Shown one piece after another: positions 48,225-56,715 of a DNA stretch of 56,715 nucleotides. A program made the translations under genes and the position numbers. Source of the DNA: a virus (lineage: Duplodnaviria > Heunggongvirae > Uroviricota > Caudoviricetes); IMG/VR virus record IMGVR_UViG_2622736468_000005; one strand, given 5' to 3'. Below the pieces are notes generated by a model, which was given only the letters and a program-made list of their open reading frames with translations, was not told where the DNA came from and searched no databases. Within the stretch, counting starts at the first letter, position 1. Every line of letters starts with the position of its first letter.

Positions 48225-49028
48225 GGTTTACCCCCTTGCTGACTGGCTTAACCTGCGCCCTGACGTGATTTACGTGACGGGCGAATTTCTGCTCCCACTG
48301 AACCTGCGTGAAAACTTTCCCCTCCGCTGCCCAGTAGTCCCGGAAAGCGGCAAGTTCAGCAGGTGTAAATTCCGGCTCCGGCAAAGCCATCCCCCACAAC
48401 GCAGCCCGTCGTCGAAAATCCGGCGACGGATGCCAGTCATCGACCATCGGAAATTTCCCGATGGGTTCGCTCAGTCCATCCAGGGATGCAGGTTCTGCTG
48501 CCTGCAACGGCGTACCACTCGACTCACTGGTCGGAGCACTCTCGCGCACGTGCGCGTTATGTGTGGGGTTTAATTCTTTATCTGTATCTTTATCTGTCGT
48601 GACTCGTCGTGACACCCCTCATTCTGTTTTCGTAATTTTTCCCTCTCGCGCTGCGCTCTCTTGCGCTCTGCCGGGGATTTCGCGGTTTGTGAAACGTTGC
48701 CATTGTCCTCTTTCAGTACCTGGCGTTTTTCCCATCCGGTGATTAAATCTCCATCAAGTACCCGCCCCTGCATTGCCTGTAAAATTGAATCAATTACTTC
48801 TTCCGTCACATCAAGCGCACTTGCTAAATCTTCCGTCGTGACATCAATGTGACCACGTAGTGACACGCCGTGACATGTCGTGACATTTCGTGACGCGCTC
48901 ACCAGAAGGTGGATATACACTGCCATCACTGTTGCAATTGGCTGCCCTGACACCCTGGCAATTGTTCGCCACTTAGGGTCATTTGGCATGTCATGCCATA
49001 ATCTGAGCCAGGCGTTAGCCATACTCAC
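48013..49028 (-). CDS. replication initiator (O-like) carrying origin iterons; two track ORFs probably one gene separated by a 1-bp homopolymer frameshift at 48615..48618
   Basis: N-terminal ORF (48570..49028) ends ...KQNEGCHDESRQIKIQIKN-stop; adding one G in the G4 run gives ...KQNEGVSRRVTTDKDTDKELNP... continuous with 48013..48615 (which starts on GTG right after a stop). Confidence 0.45.
48849..48898. repeat. iterons: five ~10-bp direct repeats TGACAnnnCG (origin of replication inside O-like gene)
   Basis: gtgaccacgtag tgacacgccg tgacatgtcg tgacatttcg tgacgcgctc at 10-bp period; two more copies at ~48595..48615. Confidence 0.6.
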
Positions 49029-49093
49029 CTCTTCTGATACCGAATCTTTTTACTCACAAATTGCCGGAAGTGATCCGGTATGAATATTGCGAG

Positions 49094-49519
49094 TCAATGC
49101 ACAGCCACAATATTTCCTGCAGGGCCACCACGATTCATCTGGTTGAAACCAGCGATCGCCACTGCGACAAAATCATCAGCGTCTCTCACCAGTCGTTCCC
49201 GCGTCTCCACCAGCTCCCGAAAATAAGCTGAACTGTGGCTGCGCATTCGGGCCACCAGCAGAGGCGGCATTGCTTTTTCGATCGCTGGTAACAACGCCTG
49301 AATTTTTTTAACCGCATCAGGAGTGTCTTTCTCCACCCAGCGGAAAATTTTCTGGGTATTGCGAGCCAGGGCTTCCGGATGGCTGTCGTCATATAATTCC
49401 GGGAACGTCATACCAAGCTCAAAATAAGCCCGGGTTATTTCAGCTGCCGGAACTTTTTCACCGTCCGGATGCGCCCAGGCATTCATCGCCATGCGGATGT
49501 GCTCATGCCTGATTTTCAT
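49094..49519 (-). CDS. YdaT-like / phage CII-like regulatory protein
   Basis: 141-aa ORF MKIRHEHIRMAMNAWAHPDGEKVP... immediately downstream of cro-like gene. Confidence 0.55.
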   Translation of the reverse strand: MKIRHEHIRMAMNAWAHPDGEKVPAAEITRAYFELGMTFPELYDDSHPEALARNTQKIFRWVEKDTPDAVKKIQALLPAIEKAMPPLLVARMRSHSSAYFRELVETRERLVRDADDFVAVAIAGFNQMNRGGPAGNIVAVH

Positions 49520-49777
49520 GAATCAACTCCGATGCATTTGGTGTGTTAGCCTTGAATCCAACAGGTAAGCCGTCGGTTGGATTCGGGTAAATATCAGGCC
49601 GGAGTTCATGAGGTGTAACCTCGAAATTCGTTACTTCAGCAACACGTAATGCTTTTTCAGGGCTGAATCTTTCATAGCCCCCAGCACTCGACTTACATGC
49701 ACCTGAGATAAACCCGTTAGCTTCCCAAACTGTAGCTGGGTGATATGTTTCTCTTTTAAATAGTCTCTTAAGTTCAT
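49503..49777 (-). CDS. Cro-like / YdaS-like HTH protein, apparently frameshifted at a C5 run at 49678..49682
   Basis: Frame 1: MNLRDYLKEKHITQLQFGKLTGLSQVHVSRVLG...; adding one G gives ...VLGGYERFSPEKALRVAEVTNFEVTPHELRPDIYP... with the expected HTH-then-LRPD layout; divergent from repressor gene. Confidence 0.45.
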
Positions 49778-49884
49778 AGCCAACCTTCTACGTTATGCCT
49801 CGAGCAAATATTAGCCCCGCTAATTTTAAAGATCAATAGCCAGACTATCTTTGATAATATTGGTAAAACAAATAAACTCTATGT

Positions 49885-50346
49885 ATGAAAAAAACACGCG
49901 AAGTGATTGCAACTCCAGAAGCGAGCAAGAATTTAAAAGCCGCATGGAATGCAAGAAAAAAAGAGCTGAAGCTGACTCAAGAGCTGGCGGCTGAGTTGTT
50001 GGGATTCGAATCTCAAGGCACCGTTAGCCAGTATCTGAACGGCAAGATACCGGTAAATACCGACGCTGCGCTAAAATTTGCGGCTCTGTTAAAGGTAAAA
50101 CCAGAGGACATTCGAGAAGACCTTAAAGACTTAATGAATTATGTAAGATCATCAGATACTTATGATGATAACTTTTCAGGCAAAGGATGGAGGCTGGTCA
50201 ATGAAGAACAGGCAGAGTTACTTAACCTCTTCGAGATTCTACCTGCGTCAGAAAAAGCCAAACTCCTTAACCAGCTACGTGGACTAAACAAGCTCTACGA
50301 GGAAGCCTTCGAGAACATGCTGGCACTAAAGAAACGTAACCAGTAG
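49885..50346 (+). CDS. prophage repressor, DicA/RacR-like HTH protein (no S24 peptidase domain)
   Basis: 153-aa ORF; HTH (LTQELAAELLGFESQGTVSQYLNGK); C-terminus resembles DicA; divergent from cro-like gene. Confidence 0.6.
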   Translation: MKKTREVIATPEASKNLKAAWNARKKELKLTQELAAELLGFESQGTVSQYLNGKIPVNTDAALKFAALLKVKPEDIREDLKDLMNYVRSSDTYDDNFSGKGWRLVNEEQAELLNLFEILPASEKAKLLNQLRGLNKLYEEAFENMLALKKRNQ

Positions 50347-50377
50347 CCACCGCTCACTACCCCATCCACAACAAAAA

Positions 50378-50410
50378 AACCGACGTCTTAGTCGGTTTTT
50401 TTGTGCCATA
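50378..50410 (+). terminator. intrinsic terminator after repressor gene
   Basis: aaaaaaaccgac-gtctta-gtcggttttttt. Confidence 0.55.
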
Positions 50411-50493
50411 ACTTCTGCAAATCAGCTGTATAACTAATATTTTTCCCTTGAAAAAACATTTACATAGTTACCAAATCAAAAATATCATACGCC

Positions 50494-50525
50494 ATACTGT
50501 TGACTTAAAACATCCGCGTTACTAA
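50494..50525 (+). promoter_or_regulatory. candidate early-left promoter (TTGACT-17 bp-TAATAT)
   Basis: Near-consensus sigma70 elements upstream of ydfA-like gene. Confidence 0.4.
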
Positions 50526-50599
50526 TATTTCTATCAAGAACAGCACGGCGCTGTAGGTTTTAGTTCCGCCACCCGGCGTTAAGGGGAAATGAGGTCAGC

Positions 50600-50755
50600 A
50601 TGGATACTATCGAGCTTGGCAACAACGAATCTCTGGTGTACGGCGTGTTTCCCAACCAGGACGGCACATTCACCGCGATGACGTATACCAAAAGCAAAAC
50701 GTTTAAAACCGAAAATGGTGCCCGTCGCTGGCTGGAAAGAAACTCAGGTGAGTGA
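50600..50755 (+). CDS. ydfA: YdfA-like small protein
   Basis: 51-aa ORF MDTIELGNNESLVYGVFPNQDGTFTAMTYTKSKTFKTENGARRWLERNSGE; strong RBS AAGGGG; below track cutoff. Confidence 0.55.
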   Translation: MDTIELGNNESLVYGVFPNQDGTFTAMTYTKSKTFKTENGARRWLERNSGE

Positions 50756-50756
50756 T

Positions 50757-50885
50757 ATGGATTTCGACACAATCATGGAAAAGGCTTACGAAGAATACTT
50801 CGATGGTCTTGCCGAAGGCGAAGAAGCTCTCAGCTTCAGTGAATTTAAACAGGCGCTTTCCAGTTCGGGAAAATCTAACGGCTGA
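50757..50885 (+). CDS. ydfB: YdfB-like small protein
   Basis: 42-aa ORF MDFDTIMEKAYEEYFDGLAEGEEALSFSEFKQALSSSGKSNG immediately after ydfA. Confidence 0.5.
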   Translation: MDFDTIMEKAYEEYFDGLAEGEEALSFSEFKQALSSSGKSNG

Positions 50886-50914
50886 TAAGCGAAACAGCAC
50901 CGCGAGGAATCAGT

Positions 50915-51133
50915 ATGCAGAAACGAGAACCCGTCATCATCGCGCCAGACTATACCGATGATGAACTTTATGAGTGGATGCGCCAGAAAATTAATGCAGT
51001 GCAGGATCTGAAATGGGCCAATGAAGCCAGGACTAAGCAGGCTGAAAATCTGTCCGCTCTGGAGCAGGATATCACCAGGCTGGAAAAAGCAGCGGCATTA
51101 AGCATTGCCAGAATGGTTACATACCCACGTTAA
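50915..51133 (+). CDS. ydfC: YdfC-like protein
   Basis: 72-aa ORF MQKREPVIIAPDYTDDELYEWMRQKINAVQDLKWANEA... Confidence 0.55.
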   Translation: MQKREPVIIAPDYTDDELYEWMRQKINAVQDLKWANEARTKQAENLSALEQDITRLEKAAALSIARMVTYPR

Positions 51134-51155
51134 TAGCTAACCAACGAGGCTAATA

Positions 51156-51557
51156 ATGGAATTTAAAGATTTACCAATGCCATTCCAGGAAATGGCAGCG
51201 AATGTGGTTCGCTCTCAACTGGCGACTCTTGACCTGAGTACTGTAGAAAAGGAAACCATCGATACTATATCCGGTAACGTGCGTCGTGCCTTTATAGGTC
51301 TGTATGAAGAGAAGCGCCTATTCGGCGGACAGAATTCGCCTGAAAACAAGAATCAAGCAAATGATGAGAAGCTGAAACACATTATCGCCTTACTTTTGGA
51401 AGACGCAAAACGTCTACAGCAACTGGAACCAAATGCAGGCACAGAGGCCCGCATTTGGATTGCCATGAAATCACTCAAATGTGAAAGCAGTGATTATTTC
51501 AAAACAACAATTAAAACTACTCAACTTTCGGGAGAGCTACTGAAGAAATTGCCATAA
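51156..51557 (+). CDS. hypothetical protein
   Basis: 133-aa ORF with RBS; not part of the K-12 Qin dicBF operon as I recall it. Confidence 0.4.
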   Translation: MEFKDLPMPFQEMAANVVRSQLATLDLSTVEKETIDTISGNVRRAFIGLYEEKRLFGGQNSPENKNQANDEKLKHIIALLLEDAKRLQQLEPNAGTEARIWIAMKSLKCESSDYFKTTIKTTQLSGELLKKLP

Positions 51558-51795
51558 GAGCATGGTCTTTCTCTTGTTCTGCAAGATGAGCATTAATACC
51601 TGGTATGGTTTTTTCAAATTTATCTATCTGTTGAATAACAACTTCGCGGTATACGTTTGTTTTTGTACCACCAAGCGCAGCCGTTAATGCAGAAAGCATA
51701 TTTAGTATCATATCAGTGCGATATGAAAGAATCCTGATAGCTTCATCTTGTTTTTCAATAATAGATTGCAGGGCCTCAATTTGCTTTTTATCCAT
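51517..51795 (-). CDS. hypothetical protein (coiled-coil), opposite strand within early-left region
   Basis: 93 aa from Met at 51795 (MDKKQIEALQSIIEKQDEAIRIL...) with AGGAGGG RBS; AT-rich. Confidence 0.4.
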   Translation of the reverse strand: MDKKQIEALQSIIEKQDEAIRILSYRTDMILNMLSALTAALGGTKTNVYREVVIQQIDKFEKTIPGINAHLAEQEKDHALMAISSVALPKVE

Positions 51796-52126
51796 TTCAC
51801 CCTCCTGAGGGTTGGTAATTAAGGAGTTCTCCACGGGTCAGGTGGAGTGCGTGCGCCGGACACGGGTGAGCATCCGGCACTGACAGTTTACTGAAAGGAT
51901 ATGTCCCTGAAAAGTCAGGGCATAACGCGAAAGCGCACGGCGAAATTGGTCTCTCTGTACGGTGTCGTTAAATTTAGTTCGACCGTGCGCTTCCGGTTGT
52001 GGCAATCCGCGAAATGGCGCGGCGGTAAGTATGGCGGGGTTATTCCTTCCCCGCTGAGGACACCGGGTTGTCAGGTTGACCATACGCTTAAGTGACAACC
52101 CCGCTGCAACGCCCTCTGTTATCAAT

Positions 52127-52184
52127 TTTCTGGTGACGTTTGGCGGTATCAGTTTTACTCCGTGACTGCTCTGCCGCCCTTTTT
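52127..52184 (+). ncRNA. dicF: DicF small RNA (cell-division-inhibitor sRNA)
   Basis: Sequence tttctggtgacgtttggcggtatcagttttactccgtgactgctctgccgccc + T-run matches DicF as I recall it; immediately upstream of dicB. Confidence 0.6.
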
Positions 52185-52353
52185 AAAGTGAATTTTGTGA
52201 TGTGGTGAATGCGGCTGAGCGCACGCGGAACAGTTAAAACCAAAAACAGTGTTATGGGTGGATTCTCTGTATCCGGCGTTAATTGTTAACTGGTTAACGT
52301 CACCTGGAGGCACCAGGCACCGCATCACAAAATTCATTGTTGAGGACGCGATA

Positions 52354-52542
52354 ATGGAAACGTTATTACCAAACGTTAATACGTCTGAAGGTTGTTTTGA
52401 TATTGGTGTTCTGCTCAGTAACCGGGAGTTTACTGAAGATGCCATTAATATGAGGAAATATGAGCCTTATCTGCTCAATTATAATTCCATACTTTCCCGA
52501 ATTGCTCTTCTTGAACTTGGTATTTTCGGAGAACGTCAATGA
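52354..52542 (+). CDS. dicB: cell division inhibitor DicB
   Basis: 62-aa ORF METLLPNVNTSEGCFDIGVLLSNREFTEDAINMRKYEP... resembles K-12 DicB; RBS GAGGA. Confidence 0.7.
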   Translation: METLLPNVNTSEGCFDIGVLLSNREFTEDAINMRKYEPYLLNYNSILSRIALLELGIFGERQ

Positions 52543-52727
52543 CTTCAGCATTTGCACTGATGATGACGGTTTTTCTTATAACGGGTGAATCACAGAATGT
52601 GATTACCGGAATTTATGCAAGTAAAGAATCCTGCCTCCAGGCAAGAGACGAGCAAAAAATTTCTGGTGAATGCCTCCCGCTAAAAAAAGTATCGCTGTAC
52701 CTGAATAACGAAACACCGGCTGGATAA
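52539..52727 (+). CDS. ydfD: YdfD-like small membrane protein
   Basis: 62-aa ORF MTSAFALMMTVFLITGESQNV... overlapping dicB stop. Confidence 0.5.
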   Translation: MTSAFALMMTVFLITGESQNVITGIYASKESCLQARDEQKISGECLPLKKVSLYLNNETPAG

Positions 52728-52822
52728 CCCTCCAGCCATATTAACACCATACCAACGGATTAAAAATGCCAGCAATGGCAGGGATTCGTTCACCCTGAAA
52801 TCTGTAATGAGGTTAAAACAAA

Positions 52823-55294
52823 ATGAGTAAGGTCTTTATTTGCGCTGCTATTCCTGACGAACTGGCAACAAGGGAAGAAGGCGCTGTGGCTGTAGCCACA
52901 GCCATTGAAGCTGGCGACGAACGCCGTGCTCGAGCAAAATTTCACTGGCAATTCCTGGAACATTATCCGGCTGCTCAGGACTGCGCTTATAAATTTATTG
53001 TCTGCGAGGATAAACCTGGCATACCCCGCCCTGCCCTCGATTCATGGGATGCTGAATATATGCAGGAAAACCGCTGGGATGAGGAGTCTGCTTCCTTTGT
53101 CCCGGTTGAGACTGAATCAGATCCGATGAACGTCACTTTTGACAAGCTGGCCCCTGAAGTACAGAACGCTGTCATGGTTAAGTTCGACACATGTGAAAAC
53201 ATCACCGTTGATATGGTTATTAGCGCACAGGAATTGTTGCAGGAAGACATGGCAACATTCGACGGACATATCGTTGAAGCGTTGATGAAAATGCCAGAAG
53301 TTAACGCCATGTATCCGGAGCTTAAGCTGCATGCCATCGGGTGGGTTAAGCATAAATGTAAGCCTGGTGCCAAATGGCCCGAAATTCAGGCAGAGATGCG
53401 CATCTGGAAAAAACGTCGCGAAGGTGAACGCAAGGAAACCGGAAAATACACGTCTGTTATTGATCTCGCCCGCGCCAGAACCAATCAACAGCACAGTGAA
53501 AATTCAACAGGAAAAATCAGCCCGGTCATTGCTGCCATTCATCGCGAATACAAGCAGACATGGAAAACACTGGATGACGAACTGGCCTACGCTCTCTGGC
53601 CTGGTGATGTGGATGCCGGAAACATTGACGGCAGCATCCATCGCTGGGCAAAAAATGAAGTTATCGACAACGACCGCGAAGACTGGAAGCGTATCTCGGC
53701 ATCAATGCGCAAACAGCCTGATGCCCTTCGCTACGACCGCCAAACTATTTTTGGCCTTGTCCGTGAGCGTCCGATCGACATTCACAAAGATCCCATAGCA
53801 CTGAACAAATATATCTGCGAATACCTGACGACAAAGGGCGTGTTTGAGAATGAAGAAACAGACCTGGGCACTGTTGATGTTCTCCAGTCATCAGAAACAC
53901 AAACTGATGCAGTGGAAACTGAGGTATCTGATATCCCAAAAAATGAAACCGCGCCGGAAGCTGAACCATCTGTAGAGCGTGAGGGGCCGTTCTATTTCCT
54001 CTTCGCAGATAAGGACGGAGAAAAATGCGGTCGCGCAAACAAACTTTCTGGTCTGGATAAGGCACTGGCTGCTGGCGCCACTGAAATCACAAAAGAAGAA
54101 TATTTTGCCCGAAAAAATGGCACATACACGGGCTTACCGCAAAATGTAGATACCGCTGAAGATTCAGAACAACCAGAGCCGATAAAAGTTACCGCTGACG
54201 AAGTAAACAAAATTATGCAGGCAGCCAATATCAGCCAGCCTGACGCCGATAAGTTGCTTGCTGCATCACGTGGTGAATTTGTTGAAGGGATTAGTGACCC
54301 GAATGATCCGAAATGGGTTAAGGGGATCCAGACCCGCGATTCTGTGAACCAGAACCAGCATGAATCGGAACGGAACTACCAAAAAGCGGAACAAAACAGC
54401 CCAAATGCGTTACAAAACGAGCCAGAAACGAAACAGCCTGAACCAGTGGCGCAACAGGAAGTGGAAAAAGTCTGCACCGCCTGCGGTCAGACCGGCGGCG
54501 GCAACTGCCCTGATTGTGGCGCGGTGATGGGCGACGCAACATACCAGGAAACATTCGATGAAGAGTATCAGGTTGAAGTTCAGGAAGATGATCCGGAGGA
54601 AATGGAAGGCGCTGAACATCCACACAAGGAGAACACTGGCGGCAATCAGCATCACGATAGCGATAATGAAACTGGCGAGACGGCAGATCGCTCAATTAAG
54701 GTGAACGGTCATCACGAAATCACATCCACCAGCAGGACGTGTGACCATCTAATGATCGACCTTGAAACCATGGGAAAAAATCCTGATGCCCCGATCATCT
54801 CAATAGGTGCAATATTTTTCGATCCGCAAACCGGAGATATGGGACCGGAATTTAGTAAGACTATCGATCTGGAAACTGCTGGCGGAGTCATTGATCGGGA
54901 CACCATTAAATGGTGGCTTAAGCAATCACGCGAAGCGCAATCTGCCATTATGACCGATGAAATCCCGTTAGATGATGCACTGTTACAATTGCGGGAATTT
55001 ATCGACGAAAACTCCGGTGAATTTTTTGTTCAGGTTTGGGGAAATGGAGCCAACTTCGACAACACGATTTTGCGCCGTTCATACGAACGGCAGGGGATCC
55101 CCTGCCCGTGGCGTTACTACAACGATCGCGATGTACGCACAATCGTTGAGCTGGGGAAAGCCATAGACTTCGATGCCAGAACGGCTATTCCATTCGAAGG
55201 TGAGCGCCATAATGCACTTGATGACGCCCGTTACCAGGCAAAATACGTTTCAGCTATCTGGCAAAAACTGATCCCAAATCAGGCTGATTTTTAA
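52823..55294 (+). CDS. large phage exonuclease (YdfE-like N-terminus, zinc ribbon, C-terminal DEDDh 3'-5' exonuclease domain)
   Basis: 823-aa ORF; C-terminal ~180 aa with DEDD exonuclease motifs (MIDLETMG, FDNTIL, HNALDDA); CxxC...CxxC ribbon. Confidence 0.65.
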   Translation: MSKVFICAAIPDELATREEGAVAVATAIEAGDERRARAKFHWQFLEHYPAAQDCAYKFIVCEDKPGIPRPALDSWDAEYMQENRWDEESASFVPVETESDPMNVTFDKLAPEVQNAVMVKFDTCENITVDMVISAQELLQEDMATFDGHIVEALMKMPEVNAMYPELKLHAIGWVKHKCKPGAKWPEIQAEMRIWKKRREGERKETGKYTSVIDLARARTNQQHSENSTGKISPVIAAIHREYKQTWKTLDDELAYALWPGDVDAGNIDGSIHRWAKNEVIDNDREDWKRISASMRKQPDALRYDRQTIFGLVRERPIDIHKDPIALNKYICEYLTTKGVFENEETDLGTVDVLQSSETQTDAVETEVSDIPKNETAPEAEPSVEREGPFYFLFADKDGEKCGRANKLSGLDKALAAGATEITKEEYFARKNGTYTGLPQNVDTAEDSEQPEPIKVTADEVNKIMQAANISQPDADKLLAASRGEFVEGISDPNDPKWVKGIQTRDSVNQNQHESERNYQKAEQNSPNALQNEPETKQPEPVAQQEVEKVCTACGQTGGGNCPDCGAVMGDATYQETFDEEYQVEVQEDDPEEMEGAEHPHKENTGGNQHHDSDNETGETADRSIKVNGHHEITSTSRTCDHLMIDLETMGKNPDAPIISIGAIFFDPQTGDMGPEFSKTIDLETAGGVIDRDTIKWWLKQSREAQSAIMTDEIPLDDALLQLREFIDENSGEFFVQVWGNGANFDNTILRRSYERQGIPCPWRYYNDRDVRTIVELGKAIDFDARTAIPFEGERHNALDDARYQAKYVSAIWQKLIPNQADF

Positions 55295-55358
55295 TGTTCA
55301 ACCCCGGTCGTTGCCCACCAGCTATAGTGGCGGCGACCATGATTAGCGAACGACGCTC

Positions 55359-55607
55359 ATGGCAAGACTTATTCTGCTCACTGAGTGGGCAAAAGAGGAA
55401 TTCAGTGAACCGGTCCCTACTCCGAGTACGTTAAGTAAATACGCTAAAGCCGGAATGATATTTCCTCTCCCCAAAAAAGTTGGAAGACGCTGGCGAGTGG
55501 ATCCGCAAGCTCGCTTTGTCGGAATGGTAAACAAGCCGGAGGTGATCGCCACAGATCACCCTGCTTTGAAGAGGATACTGGAAGATGGCGCGCCCGCGAA
55601 AATATAA
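55359..55607 (+). CDS. xis: excisionase (Xis-like)
   Basis: 82-aa ORF immediately upstream of and overlapping integrase; MARLILLTEWAKEEF...KVGRRWRV motif. Confidence 0.6.
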   Translation: MARLILLTEWAKEEFSEPVPTPSTLSKYAKAGMIFPLPKKVGRRWRVDPQARFVGMVNKPEVIATDHPALKRILEDGAPAKI

Positions 55608-56715
55608 AACCGATGTTCCGGGATTATCTCCGTATTTTGACAAAAGAAATAACAAAGTTTACTGGCGTTACAGGCATCCCATAACAGGCAAAAATCACGG
55701 TCTCGGCAGTATTGACCAGAAACTGGCAGAAACTATTGCAGCAGAAGCGAACAGCCGTCTTGCCCGGCAGCAAATGGAACAAATGCTCAGTCTGCAGGAG
55801 AAAATTATTAGTGATACCGGCGGTTCATCAACCGTTACCATTTTTCTGAATAATTACAGAAAAATTCAACAGGAAAGATATGAAAACGGCGAGATCAAAC
55901 TCAACACGCTGAAACAGAAAGCGGCCCCTCTCAGGGTATTTGATGAACGTTTTGGCACCAGACCGTTAGATGCCATAACCGTAAAAGATGTGGTATCAGT
56001 ACTGGAAGAGTACAAGGCCAGAGGACATAACAGAATGGGACAAATTTTCAGGAAAGTACTGATCGATGTTTTCCGGGAAGCTCAGCAAACGGGCGATGTC
56101 CCGCCAGGCTTTAACCCTGCAGAATCGGCAAAAAAACCGCAGGTGCGGATATCAAGACAGCGACTGACTTTTGATGAGTGGATGATGATTTATAACGCAG
56201 CGGAAAAGAATGGTTACTTTTTACAGCGCGGTATGCTGCTGGCACTGATGACAGGCCAGCGCCTTTCAGATATTTGCAAAATGCAATTTTCGGATATCCG
56301 GGATGGTTATCTTCATGTCGAACAGCAAAAAACAGGAACCCGGATTGCCATCCCTCTGGCTCTGCGTTGCGATAAATTAAATCTCACCCTGGATGATGTA
56401 GTGTCATCCTGCCGCGATTGCGTTCTTAGTCCGTGGCTATTGCACCACCATCACGCGAAAGGGACAGCTAAGCGCGGCGGGATGGTTAAGCCAGCAACAT
56501 TAACCGTTGCATTTAAAAAAGCCCGGGATTCTGTGGATTACAACTGGCGTGCTAATGGCACCCCACCCTCTTTCCATGAGCAGAGATCTTTATCAGAGCG
56601 ATTGTTCAGAGAGCAGGGGGTTGATACCAAAATTTTGCTAGGCCATTCGAATCAAAAAATGACCGATATTTACAACGATGTACGCGGTAAGGAGTGGAAA
56701 AAACTGGTCATTTGA
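55585..56715 (+). CDS. int: tyrosine site-specific integrase (lambda Int family)
   Basis: 376-aa ORF; N-terminal MARPRKYK arm-binding region; C-terminal catalytic region with R...HxxR...Y (LLGHSNQKMTDIY). Confidence 0.85.
   Translation: MARPRKYKTDVPGLSPYFDKRNNKVYWRYRHPITGKNHGLGSIDQKLAETIAAEANSRLARQQMEQMLSLQEKIISDTGGSSTVTIFLNNYRKIQQERYENGEIKLNTLKQKAAPLRVFDERFGTRPLDAITVKDVVSVLEEYKARGHNRMGQIFRKVLIDVFREAQQTGDVPPGFNPAESAKKPQVRISRQRLTFDEWMMIYNAAEKNGYFLQRGMLLALMTGQRLSDICKMQFSDIRDGYLHVEQQKTGTRIAIPLALRCDKLNLTLDDVVSSCRDCVLSPWLLHHHHAKGTAKRGGMVKPATLTVAFKKARDSVDYNWRANGTPPSFHEQRSLSERLFREQGVDTKILLGHSNQKMTDIYNDVRGKEWKKLVI

Noticed and set aside
51838-52125. 95-aa minus-strand ORF upstream of dicF
   Set aside because: Overlaps the structured ydfC-dicF spacer that is processed to release DicF; no RBS.

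Overview
The window is an almost complete lambdoid prophage (mosaic of lambda-, Qin/Rac- and Stx-phage-like modules, E. coli-type host), about 56 kb, with both attachment sites outside the window. All calls are from reading the sequence and the ORF track against remembered protein families; no database search or RNA-folding was run. Minus strand (late operon, read from high to low coordinate): Q antiterminator, orphan DNA methyltransferase, tRNA cluster, nanS-p-like esterase, P21-type lysis cassette, HNH endonuclease, cos-like repeats, terminase small and large subunits, prohead protease-capsid fusion, portal with a repeat-bearing C-terminal extension, head-tail connectors, lambda-like tail genes V-G/T-H-M-[porin]-L-K-I-J, lom, stf, tfa. 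Also on the minus strand are the replication (O/P-like), cro-like/YdaT and nin-region genes. Plus strand: DicA-like repressor, ydfABC-dicF-dicB-ydfD, a large exonuclease, xis and int at the right end, and a Rha-like gene and a methyltransferase moron at the left end. The most interesting candidate is an AT-rich two-gene cassette in the nin region (41976..42626 unknown protein; 40892..41998 HTH-XRE fused to an ImmA/IrrE zinc-peptidase), bracketed by identical terminator hairpins next to a Hok toxin gene; it may be a toxin-antitoxin or anti-phage module. A major caveat: at least six genes (terL, gpT, gpL, cro-like, O-like, a small lysis-region membrane protein) are broken by single-base deletions inside homopolymer runs. 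This pattern looks more like systematic sequencing error than decay, so ORF boundaries here should be treated with care. There is also an IS629 insertion splitting a DUF968/HNH gene. No stx genes and no CRISPR array are present.
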